From Takakia lepidozioides (taxonomy: Eukaryota; Plantae; Bryophyta): a stretch of 64,000 nucleotides of DNA. The stretch is from the NCBI GenBank assembly GCA_030704615.1, contig CM060734.1, forward strand, positions 868,001 through 932,000, given 5' to 3'. Shown piece by piece: positions 25,001 through 36,340 of this stretch (its first letter is position 1; every line of letters begins with the position of its first letter). The notes below the pieces were generated by a model. That model saw only the letters and a list, made by a program, of their open reading frames with translations. It had not been told where the DNA came from and made no database searches. Both the position numbers and the translations under genes were made by a program.

Positions 25001-25567
25001 TCCACTAACCGTGTGGCCTGTGAAGATGGGCACAGGTCTCACTCGCCAAGAGATCGCAATGCTGGAAGAGGCAGATTTCTCCCTAGCCAGACATTCCATT
25101 GCACGTGGAGGTGCTTCAAGTTCAAGCGGTTCACGGGTACCTCCGCCTGACGCTCACTTGTGGCCAACCAGACGGAATGGGAAGCTGGTTCGACGATTCC
25201 CTCCAACCGCAGAACACTACGGCAAAATCGAGTCCGCGAGAATGCTTCACGCTCATGTTGCGGGAACAATGGAAGTGCCTGATCCAGGGTATGGTCGGGT
25301 CTTCACCATGATCTCATCACATCTGTGCTGTAGGACAGGACGTACGACATCACTGTTTCCAATTTTCCCAATTGCACCTGTCCTGATTTTGTTGGTATGC
25401 TTTCAAGTAGTTTGGGAAAGAGAGGAAAGTTCATACCGTGCAGACATCTTTACTTCGTCTTCTTGAGAAGGATGGTTTGTGATCCAAAGCGCGACTTCTT
25501 CATTCACCAAGCCACTATGAGTTTCAACGAAGTCAACACACTTCTACAGTGGGATACAAGCCCATAG
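22071..25567 (+). pseudogene. MULE/Mutator-like DDE transposase with GCM/WRKY-like zinc domain and C-terminal SWIM finger
   Basis: DGHPWCRTKTSN...CNGHLKC...CKFC...HFGFHNH; MFD; FMAD...CLFH; NLA(K for E)TVH after an intron at about 24092-24186; SWIM CTCPDF...PCRH, stop at 25567. Frameshifts and stops present. Confidence 0.82.
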
Positions 25568-25764
25568 ACAACATGCACTTGACATGAAGAAATATGTGTT
25601 TTCCTTGACTACAACTTGTAATGGAATGAATGTTCAAGTCCAGTGTCTCTCAATGTATGTCCTCTAACATCTTCGCTATATGTGGGTCAACGCATTTGTC
25701 GCATTGGTTTGTCATTCACTTTTCATTAGCAAACACAAGAAACTACCTTCAGATAGACAGATGA

Positions 25765-26005
25765 TCAAATCAACCTCGTGTTAACACGAGGTTGACTTGA
25801 AGTTCTCCAAATCCACCTTGTGTCGACACAAGGTTGATTTTAGTTCTAAGAAAACAACATCATGTCAACACAAGGTTGATTTGGAGATGTTCAAATCAAC
25901 CTCGTGTTGACACAAAGTTGATTTTTGTTGCAGGAAAACAACCTCGTGTTAACACAACGTTCATTTTGGTTCTAGGAAATGAAGCTCTTGTTAACAGAAG
26001 GTTGA
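25765..26005. repeat. Subterminal array of ~6 family-1 palindromes at ~43-bp period
   Basis: caacctcgtgttaacacgaggttg, ccttgtgtcgacacaagg and similar copies near 25765, 25809, 25855, 25893, 25939 and 25985. Confidence 0.85.
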
Positions 26006-26094
26006 ACTCCAAGAAAGCCCGAAACCCTTCATCCGTTTCATCTTCATGTGGTGAAATCAGCAGTTGTAGGCTCCACGGTTATAGGCCCACCTTC

Positions 26095-26211
26095 TTTGTG
26101 GTGACGTGGCATGACCTGGACCAGGCTCACGCCACGTCAGCTGCGTGAGCGTAGGCTCACGCCACATCATCGTTGTGTGAGTGTACGCTCACACGCTCAT
26201 GCGCCAGGCTC
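26095..26211. repeat. Putative right terminus of MULE element 1 with short GGCTCACGC repeats
   Basis: ggctcacgc repeated near 26124, 26154 and 26207; abuts the truncated gene C. No matching left TIR is visible. Confidence 0.5.
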
Positions 26212-26698
26212 ACGCGGTAGTGTTGTTGTGCCAGTGGGGATCCCATGCTGACAATTCTTCCGCAGTGGGCCCACGAGTTTCACCGTCCTCATTCTCAATG
26301 GAAACGTAGAAGGCGGGAGAACCTAGGCAATACCCTTCTCGAAATGCAAACTTCAGCTTATCCACATCACCTGGAAGAGCCTGCCTGACGATGGGGAGGG
26401 AGACCACGCGACAGAGTGGAATTTGCAGTGTCCGAGCGAAGACCCTGCTCCCCAGAACTTTGCTAATGCTTCCTCCTACTCTCATCAACCACAAGCTTCT
26501 CCAAGTGCCCACTATCCAATTGTCCATCCTGATCATACACTTCTTTTTCGACAAGCACAAATCCTATTTCAAAAGGGATATTGTAGTCAACCCTTCTTCA
26601 TGAACAACTGCAAAACCATCGTCATCGGTAGTTGCAGTCAATGGAAGACTCGCAGCACTGGAATGAAAACGTGCGATGGTCTCTCCTTGCTTGGACAT
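26212..26698 (-). pseudogene. Gene C: transposase-type N-terminal domain joined to a ParB-like domain, truncated
   Basis: MSKQGETIARFHSS...DDDGFAVVHE / EIGFVLVEKEVYDQDGQL resembles the transposase start DDDFAEVHE / ENGTLFLEREVYDANGKL. It is followed by IPLCRVVSLPIVRQ...GY..GSPAFYVS...WDPHW. Confidence 0.7.
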
Positions 26699-28124
26699 GG
26701 TTTCGTCAAAGGAAGCTGACAAAGAAGAAGAGCATAACTTTCAAAGTGATGGCACACAATTTTTTCAAGGGTACCAACCGTTAACCAACTGCGGTGCAGA
26801 AGATTGGTACAATGCAAAACATCGCACCAACACTGAATACTATGCAAAGTGGTGCTGTGTGTGAAGGCAATAGGAGGCATTACAATTTTGGGTAAGGATG
26901 ACATGCATGGGGAACATTTACAACTAACACCGGAGTCCGAGGAACGGCCGTGCCAAATTGTCAGTTCCCGCCAGGCAAAATTGGCTTCAATGATGCCAAG
27001 CGGCGCTTCTGGCGCAGTCTTTGGATTCAGGACCAGCAAACCCTGCACTGGATGATAAGCACTTCATGAAGGAATGACGGCGGTGGCCCCATGACTCCCC
27101 ACCGCTAACACCGGACAGGCTACAATCCTCATTTCCCCAAACAGGCATGAGGAGGAATTTGATACGACTGTCACCGCCGTGCGGATCTGGGACACTGGAC
27201 GTGCAACACCTATTTACTGACGCCCAAAATCCTTCTGGTGGCTAACGACCATTTTTGTAAACAAGTAGGAGGAGTTCATTTCCGCCGTTGGGCATAATTT
27301 TCCTGCCAGCCCTGGTCAACCCCCTGACATTCTGTTCTCCAGAAGTAGCCAAAGTTCAATGTCTGGATTCCATTTGCTGGCAACTACTCTATTACATTTG
27401 CGGCGGTGAGATATACATTGCATTGAATTCGAAATATATGGACACATGTCATGCTCCATATATCCCACGTAAGTCATATTTGAAGCCGCCGATGTCCAGT
27501 ATTTGTGACTCGGTGATCTGCATAAATGCCCAAAACGGGACACATGTCACTGAATTCAAAGGTCCACATGTGTGGCCCAAAATCGGCGGTGTGGCGATGC
27601 GCGTGGTAACCGTCTTTCACGTCGAGTTCCTTGCAGTTTCCAATGAGGGCGTTTTTTTGCAAGTTAGCCACACTGGAGAGCGGTGAAGTTAGAGTGAGAA
27701 AGCGTAGGCAGTCATTGGATTACACTTCTACCAGGGTGAGGAGAAGAGCGAGAGAAAGAATGACGAAGAAGCGTCTAGCGATGCCCACCAGGATTCCGGA
27801 GGACGATGCTGTCCATCCGGAGGTTGGGCTCAAGGAAAGACAGACTGAGGGTGTCGGATTGAACTCAGAGGGCACCCAGATGGAGGAGGTGGATGAAAGC
27901 GCTGTCCAAATACTGGCGAGCATGGGCGCAGTAGAGGAGACAGCGGGAGGTGAAACCGTGGATGCAATGGAGGTAACATTGCGTCGGATGTGTGACGAAG
28001 TGAAGGGGAAGCAAAAAACTGCATCGCCAGGTCCTGCCGATGGAGGTGACAAGGCAAAGAAACAGAAGCAAACAGTGAGATTTCTAAACCTTCCCTTCCC
28101 TGCATTTCCAAGTGTCTGCTTGAA

Positions 28125-28744
28125 GATGCGATGATGGTCGACGATCATCGCATCCACGACAATGCAGACATCTCCAGGAATGAAAGTCCGCAGTTTTGCT
28201 GGCTTTTTTGTTTTGCATCACAGTAATGGTGGGTCGCTTGATTCTGATCATCGTCGACGATCATCGGGACTGTTGGTCACTGAGAATGAGCCTAGAATCA
28301 ACTCAGTCTGTTTGTTTCAGTGATTTCTGCCATGCCTTTTGTGATGATCGTCGACGATCAACACAAAAGGAGGGCTTGAAGAAAGACAAGTTTGTAAAAG
28401 TGATCTTCTAGTTACGGGGAGCCTGCCGTTTCTAATGATTGTCGACGATCATCAGAAATATAGTGCATAAAGAGAGACGCCCAAAAGTGAAGAGGAGGGT
28501 TGTAGATTTCCTGCAGCCTGGCCATTTGTGATGATCGTCGACGATCATCAGAAACGGAGGGCATAAACAGAGAGTCGTAGAACTGCAGAAGGAGGGTTGC
28601 AAGTCTTCACGAGCTTGGCCGTTTGTGATGATTGTTGACGATCATCACAAATCGGCTGCCACACAGAGAGACCTATTAGTGTCAAGAAAGAGAGGAGTAA
28701 GTTTCAAAGAGAGTGTTCATGTGATGATCTTCGACGATCATCAC
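28125..28744. repeat. Array of 7 family-2 palindromes (GATGATCGTCGACGATCATC), ~96-bp period
   Basis: Copies near 28130, 28246, 28343, 28434, 28530, 28627 and 28723. Confidence 0.92.
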
Positions 28745-29113
28745 CATTTCACATGTGAGCTAGGAGGCAAAGGAAATAGGGGAACCGAAATTTCATTATC
28801 TGCACATGTTTTGGCAGAGAAAAGGGGGTAAGAAAGCTGCGGAGAAGCGTGTCGAGTATGACGATGATGAAGATTATAGTGATAAACCAGAGACCACCTA
28901 TTTGGGGAGAGCAAAGGAGCTCATGTCGGGCCAAAAGGTGAACTCGCAACAGGTCATCAATGAGATGATGGTGCCTAGAGGTCGTCTCAAAATTCCGCTT
29001 TGCAGTATGATCTCGATGCCCGTCGTGCGTCCTCCCATCTCCTAGGATATTGACAAAGCTGGAGGCAGATTTTGTGCAGGGGTATCGGAATGGATAGGTG
29101 GCTTTCTACCTTG

Positions 29114-29784
29114 GGGGAGGTCACTCCTTATCTAGTTTCCAGGCACTTGAGGCAAAAATACATTTTCTATGGGGGTATTAATTTTATTTTCTAAATTTTT
29201 GGCCACCCTATTATTACATAATTTTATAATATGACATGTTTTTTGGCAGGTTACATTATTTATATTTTATAGCTGGCAACAAATATTGGACACCCTATAT
29301 TAACTTGAATTGTTTAAAAAAAAATTATGGGGTTGTCATCCTTCCTCTCTCAATCTATGCTTCTTCACTGTCACGCACTGCAAGCTTCAAAACTTGTGGG
29401 CCACAATGCTTGCACCACTGAGGGCACCACTATTTCTCTCTGCCTGTGTAGCACAATGCCGTCATGAATTGCAGACAGAAGAGAGGGAAGCCTAGGGTTA
29501 CTGTGCACATGTGCCTACGCCCTCTTCGCTGTGTGTCCCAAATTGTTGAGACGTGTCCCTTTAATTTCTCTTCACCTTATATTAGATTTAATTTTTCTTG
29601 AATCTTATTTCACCTTATATTAGATTTAATTTTTCTTGAATCTTATTTTAATTTAAATGTGGTGTCGCCAAAATATTAGTACTCTATAATATTTTTAAAT
29701 GTATTTAAAATTTTATTTTCTCAGATTTTTTAGCTCCTTATTTGTTTTTGCAATTAAATGATAATATTTGGAAGTGACCTCCCC
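29114..29784. mobile_element. AT-rich MITE inserted in the ParB exon of gene B
   Basis: TIR GGGGAGGTCACT...AGTGACCTCCCC with 3-bp TTG on both sides; internal ~39-bp tandem duplication near 29571-29650. Confidence 0.8.
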
Positions 29785-31271
29785 TTGTTTTGTACGAATC
29801 CCTTGCAGATACAAATGGAAACATCCTCACTCACGGACACAAACGGGAACATTGCCAAAGTGGACCGGCACACAAAAGCGAAATGGGACGTCGGCTGGAA
29901 GGAGGCGAACGAGGAATTCGAGGGAGCCCTGATGGGGAGTAGGCACACCATGGAGTTCAGAGATAGAATGTTCTTTGTGTGGGACGATAATCACCGCCTC
30001 CTAGTATGGATGAGTTATATTGACAAAGTGCACTCAACGAATAGCACTGCATGGTTGAGGCCATGGTCCTTGACCCAAGCAACAACATTGTTCGTCTCCT
30101 TACCGCCATGCACGACACAAATAAGTGAGATGCTGGAAACCAATCCTTCATCTCCCTCCTGTTCCATTTTCCGTGTTTGCAGAATCTTACTGTGGTTCTA
30201 TCATTTGCACAGATCAACCGAATCCTCGCACGTCAAGACGAATCTTGTGCACACCATTTTTCGCATGCGAAGGATCGTGTTGATGAAGCTGGAAGAGTTC
30301 CGAACTGTGCTGCCAGAGGATATCTTGAAGCAATGCGAGACTGGTAGAGCCGCTGGGACATGGTATACCCTGACGAGGGATGCTTTTCTGGAGTACATGT
30401 ACTCGGTAAGTCTCTTTCTAAGTATAAGTTCTGTCATGCTTTCCACAGTGCGGAACAACTAGCGGCTAACGGTCGTTGTCGTTTGCAGCAAGAAATCGCA
30501 GATGCATGTGAGAGAGGTAAAGCAGAATACTACTCTAAAGTGCCGGAGGAGGACAGAACAGTGAAAGGAGTGGAGCAGTACATTACGAAGGAAATGGACG
30601 TGCAAAGGAAAAACCTCTTTTCTGGATTCATGAAGCAGATTCGGATTGCTGATCCCGTTTTCGGGGAAGAGTTCCTTGCCCAGATCAAGTTGCATTATGA
30701 CAACCATGCAAAGCCTGAAATGACACGGGAAAAGCTACACAGGTTGTCTTTGGCCATGGTCGACAGCCAGACCAAAATTAGGTGGCTTCAAATTTGGAAC
30801 GCAGACCCGACAGTAAAAGACCTTAATATGTGGCCGAAAAGCACCAAAGATCCTGGGTCGAAGGTCGTTGGTTTCAGTGACTACGTTTTGACCAGTGGCT
30901 CAAACACAAAGCAACATTCTAGGCTCAGGTAAGCCCAATGTTTTAGTACGATTTCCCCTCAACATGCTCTGGTTGTTTGGTGCATTCCTGTTCTGCTGCT
31001 GAATGAAGTTGTCGGTTGTGTGCAGCTAGAGAGAAGAGCGGTCACGGTCCTCGCCAAAAACCTGTAGGACCTGAATATTGTCATGACCCCACCAGAATAC
31101 ACGCTGGAGCAGTATATCCGCAAGTGGAGTGGGCTCACTTGGAAACATTGTTTCTTCAAGGAGTTCGCCAGAGAAGGGGGTATAAACAGATCAAACGACC
31201 AAAAGGGCGGTGACCTAGCGGTGTTGAGGGTCATCTATAGGTTTGTGTCCTTCGTGTCCCTCCTCTCAAAT

Positions 31272-32369
31272 CGGATGATCGTTGACGATCATCGGTGTTC
31301 AAGTGGGTGATTTTATTTGGTATGCATGGTATTTGCTGGACAGGTTCAGAAAGACAGGGTGAGGACCGAAAGTCCTAGTGATGATCGTTGACGATCGTCG
31401 TTAAAGTAGACAGGTCCTTGCAAGAACTCTCTTGGAATGTATGCTTTGGTGAACGCGCATTCCTATGGATCTTCGAAGTTCATCAGACATTGTCCATGAT
31501 TATCATTCACTTCCTAGATCAATAAGGGAACCCCGCATTGCCCATGTGGATGCCAGACGTAGGTGGGATCAAATGGCATTTGCAATGATCGTTGACGATC
31601 ATCAGATTTCCTTGTATTCATCGTAAAAGGGTGTCTTCTTTTCGGACAAGTACACGAAAAATGTGCTCCTGCCAGGGAAGCTTTTGAGTGCGGTTCCGGA
31701 TTACATGGACATGTGGTGCGACCCTGCAAACGATGGAACAATGTTCACTGTCGGAATTCTGCGGAATTGGGCTACGGATCATTTGCGAGATTGCGGATGG
31801 TTACATGGACTGCCCAGCAGATGCGTGCCCTTTCTCGGAACTGGAAATGAGGAATCGGAACCAGAATGCAGCATCTGTACGCCCAGTATCTGACAGGAAA
31901 CTACACGAAAGTTCATAATCTGACAGTGAGAGAGCCTCCGAAGGAGTCAACTCCAACGAAGCAAAAGAAGACACAGAGAAAGCAGAAAGAAAAAGCTAGG
32001 GAGGCTGGCAACAAAACTCAGAAGCAAAAATCTCCTTCCCACAATGCTCAGCCACCACATGACACCGTTACAAATACGCACAAGAAAGGTTCCCGCAAAG
32101 TTTCCGAGCGCCCTTACGATGCCAGACCTCATCCTTCCACGGTCGATTTTCCAAGGGAGATCAAGATGGTCAATGGGAACTGGCTTGCCACGATGGAGAC
32201 CCGGAAGAAGGGATACGCAGGCGTGAAATCCCCGACTTGGGACAACATCGTCTCCTTCCTAAATCTGCTATAACCTCAGCACCTCCTTCCAGATTGAGTT
32301 CTTGATTCACATAGTGCACAATGAAAGGCAGAATGGTGTTTGCGATGCTCGTCAACGATCATCGCAAAA
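31272..32369. repeat. Four more family-2 palindromes in gene B introns
   Basis: Copies near 31274, 31380, 31585 and 32344. Confidence 0.85.
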
Positions 32370-33920
32370 CGGTGACAAGCTCTGTTCTGACTTTGCAATA
32401 GGAATGGTGCAGGTGAGCTCAAGACCATTTTGGGTCAATGGAGTGCAGAAGCAGTTTGCCGCAGATCTGGTGATTCTGGAGATTCGGGACGGGCAATCTG
32501 TCCCAGATATTCGTCCGGTGGATAAGACCCCAGCGTGGAACAACTTCGATGAGCATTAATGGAGCTGGATTTTTGGGTTTTGCAATACATTCCTTTCGGA
32601 CACGGGAGCTCTCCTTCTGCTGCAGTCATGCGACAAAGACTCCCGTCGGACACTGGCATGGACTACTTGAGGTCCTCTGGCTTCGATATTGTGAAGACTT
32701 GAATTGTGTAAACTGCCTCTACCTTACAAAGGGAGGTTGCCAGGGCCAGGTGGTGAGTGCCAGTTGCTTTTCGCTGCCGCTATTCCTGTGATGCCCCACC
32801 CGTGCCTGGGAGGTTTTCCAACCACTAAGAAATCATTTTGCAGGTCTTCTTTCAGTTGTTCTCTGTATTCTAACTCTGCAATCCATAGTGCAGACTCGTA
32901 TGTTTGAGGCTGTCTGCCTCACCAGAATCCGGAAGGACACAACTCCAGGGGATGTGCCCGCTTTTAGGCTCAATAAAAACACCTGTTTCATTGATCCCAC
33001 CTGCGAGCCACACATCGACGACATGCTGTTTAACTATGTGGAATCGACAGACATCTTGAGAAAAACCAATGGAGCTAAGGGGCTGTATGCAATGTGGTGT
33101 CATGGAGCATAGTGATGACAGGACCTGCAAATATCACCTGGATTGCACATGAGGCAAAGCTCATTAATGCTTCTACCAATTTTCTGTCTTTGTTGTTTCA
33201 TTTTCTCATTGAGTACCAATTCTGAAGTTCCCACTGGCCCATTTATTGGTTTTTTCACATGCTTGTGGAGGGCTATGTCTGGTCTTTTTTCTTCCATGTT
33301 TTGAGCAGTCCCTTATCATCCCATAAGCTCCATCAATAATGCTTTTTGGGCTGCTTGTGGAGGGCTAGTTACCTTCAGCTTGTTTCATTTGCAGTGGTCA
33401 GTCTCAGCTGCTTGTGGAGGGCTATGTCATTTTTGTTTCAGTGTGTCATTGAACAATGCCTCATCCCATAAGCTGTTATTTGGTTAGTGGGCTGCTTGTC
33501 AAGGCCTCCAATCACTGTTTGATGGGCCTTGTATAGCTTGTTGAGGTTAATATATTCTCAGCCCAAGAGGTACACTATGGTGTGGGCTTTTTCTGGAGGT
33601 CTCTTTATTGTTTGTTTCTTTTTTTCAGTGGCAATTTTTGTGGAGGTTTCTCATGCCATATGTCATCACATGAGCTGTTTGGGCTTGTTGGTACTTATTG
33701 GGCATCTTTGACAGCATGACACTAGGTGTTTTACCACTTACCTCATACTGATGCTACTGGCCTCAACAGTTTTGTAGCACCTGCACCTTATGTCAATATT
33801 GTGCATGATAGCTTGTTGCTTGGTTTCTTTTTTATTTTGCGTGGGTAGATGGTCAACTGGAAACAGCAGCGGCAGCAGCACAATTGATAGAACAAGGCAC
33901 TGCTAATGAAGGCACCTTCT

Positions 33921-35065
33921 TCAACACATTTCAGCCTCCTGCCTCCCATGTTGGGCATGACCAGAAGGGAACCTTTGGATAGTCCATATCGGGTCTGGAT
34001 TGACATTGGAGGAGCCCGTAGGGTCGGGAAGCCATCTGGGACAGTGCACTTGAACATCAGAAAGTAATAAAAAAAAACGAGGTGTGAGATAATGTGATAA
34101 TTGGACAAGGAGAGGGGAAAGAGCATCCAGTGTGGGGGGTGGGGATGAGTGTTCTCCCTGATCGGAAGAGGGCATTGAGGGGTCGCTTCCGCTGGTATTG
34201 CAAAGATACTAACATGGCATCCCCAGACCTGGCACCATACCAGCCGTGGTCTCCAGCCCGCTCGTGAAGTTTGCTACAGGCAGCAGGCCAAGTCGACTGC
34301 GCGATCCAGCGATGGGCAGCGGCGTCGTAAGAATTCCCCATCCAACAGAGCGGTGTAGATGGGTCTTGGGGAGCATATGCCGTGGAGATGGGCCATCGGG
34401 CACTGAGGGGCCTCATCTTGGTGAAGAGCAGCAATCGCTTGATGATGTCCTTGCTGTAGCCTGTCAGGATAGCATATCTCCACAGGGGATAGTAAACCCT
34501 AATTCCTAGTTCGTATCTTGTAAGCAAATCCTTGAATTTAGGAAGCATGGGAGGCCATCTCGGGTGTAGCGCTCTGAGTGTGTAGCGACGGGAGTTCTGA
34601 CGCATCATACAGCTGAGCCAAGTTGTGGGGCTTGTTCACTATAGCCGCGTTGTGGTGGACAAGCATATTGCACGTTGGGGGTGTCTTATACGCCAAGCGG
34701 GGCCACCAGGGGGTTTCCTTGTTGTAGAAATGTCTCCCGGTCGGTGACAAGGTGCCAGACCACGAACTAGTAAGGGCCGATTGTGACTCCGCATCGAGAG
34801 AGCGCGGCTCGGAGTAGAAAAACTGGAACTTCGGGGGGTCGAGTGGGGTGGTGGGGAGCGGGGGAGTATCACCGCACGTCTTGGAAAACAGAGAAACTTG
34901 GTAGCTTACAGGGGTGATAGTGTTGAATCCGCGGGCGGCAAACTTCACGGAATCCACCAGTGCGGAGCTTAAAAGGAGCGCAAGGAGAATGCCATACAGA
35001 AGCAAGTGTCGACTGTCCTGGTCGTGGCACTGCGCAGCAGCGTGAGGAGTGCGCAACTTGGCCAT
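33921..35065 (-). pseudogene. Unidentified gene or gene fragment with an N-terminal hydrophobic segment
   Basis: Consecutive ORFs 34538-35077 (HLLLYGILLALLLSSALV) and 34057-34608; no recognisable domain. Confidence 0.3.
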
Positions 35066-35254
35066 GGCGGCGGCCAAAGCTAAACTAGAATGAAGCTAAA
35101 ACAGTGGGAGCACTAAAGAAAGGTCGTAAGATACAAAGAGGGAGAGAAAATATAGCGGAACCCTAGCAGAGTTAGTCATGGCTAAGGTAGCGAGAGACAA
35201 AGCGGGAGGGCGGAGCTCCGCCCTCCCTTCGCTGCGCTTAAGAATCGAGAAGAG

Positions 35255-36300
35255 TCAATCCAAACTTGGCCTTGCTAATCACAACGGAAATTGAAAAAAT
35301 ATTAGCCGCTGGCTTTATCTTCCCTGTTGAGACTTCAAAATGGGTGTCACCAATGGTGATTGTAAGGAAGAAAACTCACCAGAGGGATGCTCTGCCTCTG
35401 TTTATCAATTTTGAAAGTCTCTTTCTTGCTGAGGCAAAGGCCCAGGCCCTCCGACAGGGACAAGGCATACTGCACCTGATTCAGTACGGGCCGGCAACGA
35501 CAACATTTGTGTAGTGTTACATTTGGCCACAACATTTTCAAAAGTCCAATACTTCCAAATATTTATGAATTGATTGATGATGCTTTAAAGTGGGTAAGTA
35601 TGTTGTAGTAAGAGTACACTATATGAGTCCCATTTGATCTTTTCCATAGAATGTAAAGAGTATGGGTCAATAGAGAGTAAGTATGTACTGCAGAAATGAT
35701 GTTGTTATAGTTTTATTGAGCCACCGTAGTTTGCTTTCACCCGCAAGCACATTGGTTCTTTGTCTAAAGATGAAGTACGTGTAACATCTGGAATTACCTC
35801 TTCCGGTGCCCGCACTAACATCTCTCGTTGTTGTCGAGTCATTACGGCGAATGTTTTCTCCTCACGTTCCTCCTCCTCTTGAATGGTTGATACTTCGGTG
35901 TGGACCCAAGTCATATTAGGTTGCACTAGTAACTTTTGCGTCATTGGACTAGAGGAAGTCCCTGCTTATGGAGGAGGTTGCATGGATGTTGATGCTTGAT
36001 TGGATCTTCGATTTCTCTGGTCCTGAGATCGTCGCCACGGCAGTTGAGTTTGCGTTTACTGCACCACAGGATCTGTAAATGACATCCTAGGCTGCTGACT
36101 AAATTGAGATTGGTTCATGGGATTGGAATTTGGGAAACTTTGTAATATCTGAGGAGCAAAGTACATCCTGTGTTGGGGTGTTAAATTTTCTGGAAGCACA
36201 TGATTATACTGATCAGGGAATGGCGCTCTTTGGGACGTGCTAGATTGTGAGCAGCTCACGTGAGCAGAAAATACTGTGAGCAGAATTCTGCTCACGTTCC
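35255..36300. mobile_element. Scrambled retroelement debris (gypsy RT fragment, LINE 3' fragment, gag-like pieces)
   Basis: EIEKILAAGFIFPVETSKWVSPMVIV is RT domain 1; HQRDA..LF.NFESL..AKAQAL matches the LINE C-terminus; AVMTRQQ linker. Confidence 0.55.
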
Positions 36301-36340
36301 TCGGAATTAGAATTTAGGGTTGGGCCTATTACCGCGGCCC

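Larger units (their letters stand above)
9101..26211. mobile_element. MULE element 1 (left end lost): ParB-MTase-like gene A (-), transposase (+), family-1 palindromes; interrupted by gypsy copy 3
   Basis: MULE-type transposase, a divergent accessory gene, and one palindrome family found in gene A introns and in the right subterminal region. The right end is inferred where ParB gene C is cut off. Confidence 0.7.
26212..33075. mobile_element. MULE-related element 2 (fragment, opposite orientation to element 1)
   Basis: Same divergent layout as element 1 (transposase-like gene versus ParB-MTase-like gene), with its own palindrome family. Confidence 0.62.
27661..33075 (+). pseudogene. Gene B: spliced ParB/Srx-like + amino-DNA-methyltransferase-like protein (paralog of gene A)
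   Basis: RKRRQSLDYTS; GQKVNS...IPLCSMISMPVVRP; MFFVWDDNHRLL; KPEMTREKLHRLS; NWATDHLRDCGW; ADLVILEIRDG...FLSDTGALLL; FEAVCLTRIRKD...FNYVES. Exon order matches gene A. Confidence 0.8.

Noticed and set aside
28125-28744. True CRISPR array
   Set aside because: Eukaryotic intronic context, no cas genes, and spacers of ~76 bp that are partly similar to each other.
9101-33075. Bacterial contamination as the source of the ParB/MTase genes
   Set aside because: The genes have spliceosomal GT-AG introns, CpG decay and nested plant TEs.
33259-33510. GCTTGTGGAGGGCTA short repeats as part of the palindrome system
   Set aside because: Direct, non-palindromic repeats lying beyond the gene B breakpoint.
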